From positions 3,814-67,813 of the forward strand of contig JAFAFP010000158.1 of NCBI GenBank assembly GCA_023423415.1: a DNA stretch of 64,000 nt. Direction: 5' to 3'. A model generated the notes under the pieces. That model searched no databases. It was given only the letters and a program-made list of their open reading frames with translations, and was not told the origin of the DNA. This DNA comes from Pseudomonadota bacterium (GTDB lineage: Bacteria; Pseudomonadota; Alphaproteobacteria; Rhizobiales; Xanthobacteraceae). This document shows positions 61,581 to 64,000 of this stretch, piece by piece (the stretch's first letter is position 1; each line of letters opens with the position of its first letter). Position numbers and translations under genes: made by a program.

Positions 61581-62915
61581 CTAGTCCTTCCCTAGGAATA
61601 CGCCGTTTCTTTCCAGCGTTTCATGCAGTTTGTCGATCTCAATATCGGCCGGGGACTTGCCAACGGCAATCGCGAGATGCGCGCCCGTGGCCGCGGCTTC
61701 GCCCATGACGAAGCACGCCCCCGAAACGCGCGCGGCAGACTGGCCCTCATGCGTCATGGAGGCGCAACGGCCAGCCACGAGGAGGTTGTCGATCCGCTGC
61801 GGCAGCAGCATGCGATAGGGCAGGTGGTTGTAGCCGCGAGAGCCGGGGATGTCCGGCCACTCCCATTTCACGTCGCCTGCGACATGCGCCTCGATCGGCC
61901 AGCCATTCACGCCGATGGTGTCGTCGAAGCTCGCGCAGTTCAGCACGTCCTCGCGTGACAATTGATAGTGACCGGTGATGCGGCGGGTCTCGCGAATGCC
62001 CAGTTGCGGCGGCAGATCGACGATATACGCGTTCTCGAAACCGGGCGCGTTCTGCTTCAGGAATTCGAAGAAGGCGAGGGCCTGACGACGCCCCTCGATT
62101 TCGCCAATGGTCAGTTCGACGGCATCGGCACCGTTGAGGGCGCGCCCGTCGTCGGTCTTGAGCTGCGTCACGTTCACCCGCCATTCCGTCTCGTGCTTCA
62201 TCGGTCGCACGATCGCGCCCTTGCGCGGAAAGTGAACGCCGCGCTTCTCGGCTTCATCCATGAGCGTTGGGATGGTCTTCCACGCTTCGCCCGCCGCATT
62301 CGGATCGACCCCGTTGAGACGGAACATCATGGTCGGGTAGAGCATGTCGTCCTCGCCCCGACCGATCTCGAATGGCGCGCCGGCAAAGGCTGCGAGATCG
62401 CCGTCGCCGGAGCAATCGATATAGACGGTGGCACGGACCGCCATGCGGCCCGACTTGGTTTCGATCAACAGCGCATCGATGCGGCCGCCGTCCATCAGTA
62501 CGCCGGCAGCGACCGCATGAAACAGGATGCTGACACCGCGCGAGAGCAACAGATCGTCGGCGGCGATCTTGAGCGCTGCGGTGTCGTAGGCCTGGGCTTT
62601 GGTCTTGCCGAAAATCATGTGCGGTTCGTTGAGACCGCCGAGCCTATCGATCCGTCCAAGCAGATCGTCGGCAACGCCATGCGCCACCTGCCGGATGTCG
62701 CCATGAACATTGGCATGCAGGCCGCAGAAATTCGTCACGCCCGCCGCCGTACCCATGCCGCCGAGAAAGCCATAGCGTTCGATCAGCAGCACCTTGCGGC
62801 AAAGCGCGGCCGCGGCGGCCGCAGCGGCAATGCCGGCCGGTCCGCCGCCAAGGACAGCGATATCGAATTCCCCGAAGAGCGGGGTTTCTCGCGCGGGTTC
62901 CTGGATGTTGAGCAC
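61581..62915 (-). CDS. FAD-dependent oxidoreductase
   Basis: GGGPAG, DCSGDGD, GIRETRRI, LLVAGRC. Confidence 0.9.
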   Translation of the reverse strand: MLNIQEPARETPLFGEFDIAVLGGGPAGIAAAAAAAALCRKVLLIERYGFLGGMGTAAGVTNFCGLHANVHGDIRQVAHGVADDLLGRIDRLGGLNEPHMIFGKTKAQAYDTAALKIAADDLLLSRGVSILFHAVAAGVLMDGGRIDALLIETKSGRMAVRATVYIDCSGDGDLAAFAGAPFEIGRGEDDMLYPTMMFRLNGVDPNAAGEAWKTIPTLMDEAEKRGVHFPRKGAIVRPMKHETEWRVNVTQLKTDDGRALNGADAVELTIGEIEGRRQALAFFEFLKQNAPGFENAYIVDLPPQLGIRETRRITGHYQLSREDVLNCASFDDTIGVNGWPIEAHVAGDVKWEWPDIPGSRGYNHLPYRMLLPQRIDNLLVAGRCASMTHEGQSAARVSGACFVMGEAAATGAHLAIAVGKSPADIEIDKLHETLERNGVFLGKD

Positions 62916-63002
62916 GGCGAAGTATCCCTTGGCAGACTTGGCCGTCCCGAACAGGAAACGGCCAAGTGTCTTTGAACAAGCGTTCGTTGAACGCTGGCGT
63001 TG

Positions 63003-63806
63003 TTATGCCGCAGCCTGCAGCAGGATATCGGTGACTTGATCGGGCATATCGACCATGACATCGTGCCCACACGGCAATTCGTGCATGGTCCACGACTTGG
63101 CTTGCGCGCGTGCCTGCGCCGTGTCGAAGACCGGGGTTGCGAAGCCCTTGCCGCGGATGAATGTCTTTCGTGCGATGCGATCCCGTGCACCGGTCAGCGT
63201 TATCTTCTCGAGGAACGCGGCGCTGGGCTGTGGCGTGCACATTTCATCGACCCAGGCGCGATCCTTTTCGTTGACCGCGTAGAATGAGGCCGGCGCGGCC
63301 GGCATGACGATTTCGCCTTTGCTGGACAGCTTGGCGATGGATTCGCTGACGCGTGGCACGAGATCGGCGCAGCTCTCGCCATTCTCGGGAACGAAAGCGT
63401 CGGCGTAGACGATCGATGCGATCTTGCCGCCGGCCTTTTCCGCCACGCCCGACACCACGAAGCCGCCGTAGGAGTGGCCGACCAGCACGATGTTGTCGAG
63501 CCGCTCCCATTTGATGAGATTGGCAATGTCGCTGACGTGGGTGGTGAGATTGACCTTCGCGTCGAGCAGGTGAGAGCGATCGGCCAATCCGGTCAGCGTC
63601 GGTGTGAAGACCTTGTGGCCGCGCGCCTGAAGACGGTCGGCGACGCGCCGCCAGCACCATCCGCCGCGCCAGGCGCCATGAACCAGAACGAAGGTTCGGC
63701 CGCTGGCCGGCGTCTGCGCGGTGGCCTGCGCCAGGCCAGTGGCGGCGATCCCGGCTGTCGCTCCGGCGAGCAGGTTGCGGCGTGTGAATCGGTTCAAGGC
63801 AGTCAT
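63003..63806 (-). CDS. Tat-exported alpha/beta hydrolase (methylesterase-like)
   Basis: TRRNLL Tat motif; LVHGAW, GHSYGG, GHD. Confidence 0.9.
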   Translation of the reverse strand: MTALNRFTRRNLLAGATAGIAATGLAQATAQTPASGRTFVLVHGAWRGGWCWRRVADRLQARGHKVFTPTLTGLADRSHLLDAKVNLTTHVSDIANLIKWERLDNIVLVGHSYGGFVVSGVAEKAGGKIASIVYADAFVPENGESCADLVPRVSESIAKLSSKGEIVMPAAPASFYAVNEKDRAWVDEMCTPQPSAAFLEKITLTGARDRIARKTFIRGKGFATPVFDTAQARAQAKSWTMHELPCGHDVMVDMPDQVTDILLQAAA

Positions 63807-63875
63807 GGGTCCTCCGCTGTCGGCGCTCTCTCAGGCGCTTGACGGGCGAGTATCATCCTGCATTTTGGAGTAGAA

Positions 63876-63892
63876 TGCCTCAAAATGAGGCA
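63876..63892. promoter_or_regulatory. Inverted repeat, candidate LysR-type binding site
   Basis: tgcctca-aaa-tgaggca between the hydrolase and the divergent LysR gene. Confidence 0.5.
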
Positions 63893-63920
63893 GCATCTAG
63901 TGTGAATTGGATCAAATCAG

Positions 63921-64000
63921 GTGGACACATACCTGAATTTCAAGGCTTTCCAGGCGTCGGCCAGGTTCGGCAGCTTCTCGCGGGCCGCCCGCGAGTTGGA
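63921..64000 (+). CDS. LysR-family regulator, N-terminal fragment running off the window
   Basis: GTG start gives MDTYLNFKAFQASARFGSFSRAAREL, a LysR HTH signature. Confidence 0.8.
   Translation, partial: MDTYLNFKAFQASARFGSFSRAAREL

Noticed and set aside
63917..64000. Minus-strand open frame entering from the window edge (…KFRYVST*)
   Set aside because: The plus strand gives a clear LysR HTH, so the minus frame is its shadow.

Overview
A 64-kb chromosomal segment from a high-GC alphaproteobacterium, most likely Hyphomicrobiales (inferred from gene content: purC/purS/purQ/purL, bolA-grxD, stand-alone rpsD, glnII with gstI, SAM-II riboswitch-metZ, guaB...guaA, ATP synthase zeta subunit). The housekeeping backbone is interrupted by small accessory insertions and several families of palindromic repeats. 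There is one tRNA-Gln(CTG). I found no rRNA, CRISPR array, recognisable transposase or integrase. The most notable signal is a DUF559 (Vsr-like) nuclease gene with intact-looking motifs, bracketed by hairpin-built terminal inverted repeats inside the guaB-guaA operon. A related solo hairpin lies elsewhere in the window, and a degenerate DUF559 domain is fused to TrmJ. Together these suggest a nuclease-associated REP-like mobile element. Other highlights: a double-hairpin repeat with a perfect central IHF consensus; an SDR/AraC cassette bounded by near-duplicate terminators; an integrase-less accessory block after guaA with an uncharacterised 4-gene module; a signal-peptide-bearing Rid protein; paralogous secreted Cys-rich proteins; and three small ORFs missing from the ORF track. 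All product calls come from motif recognition by eye, not database searches.
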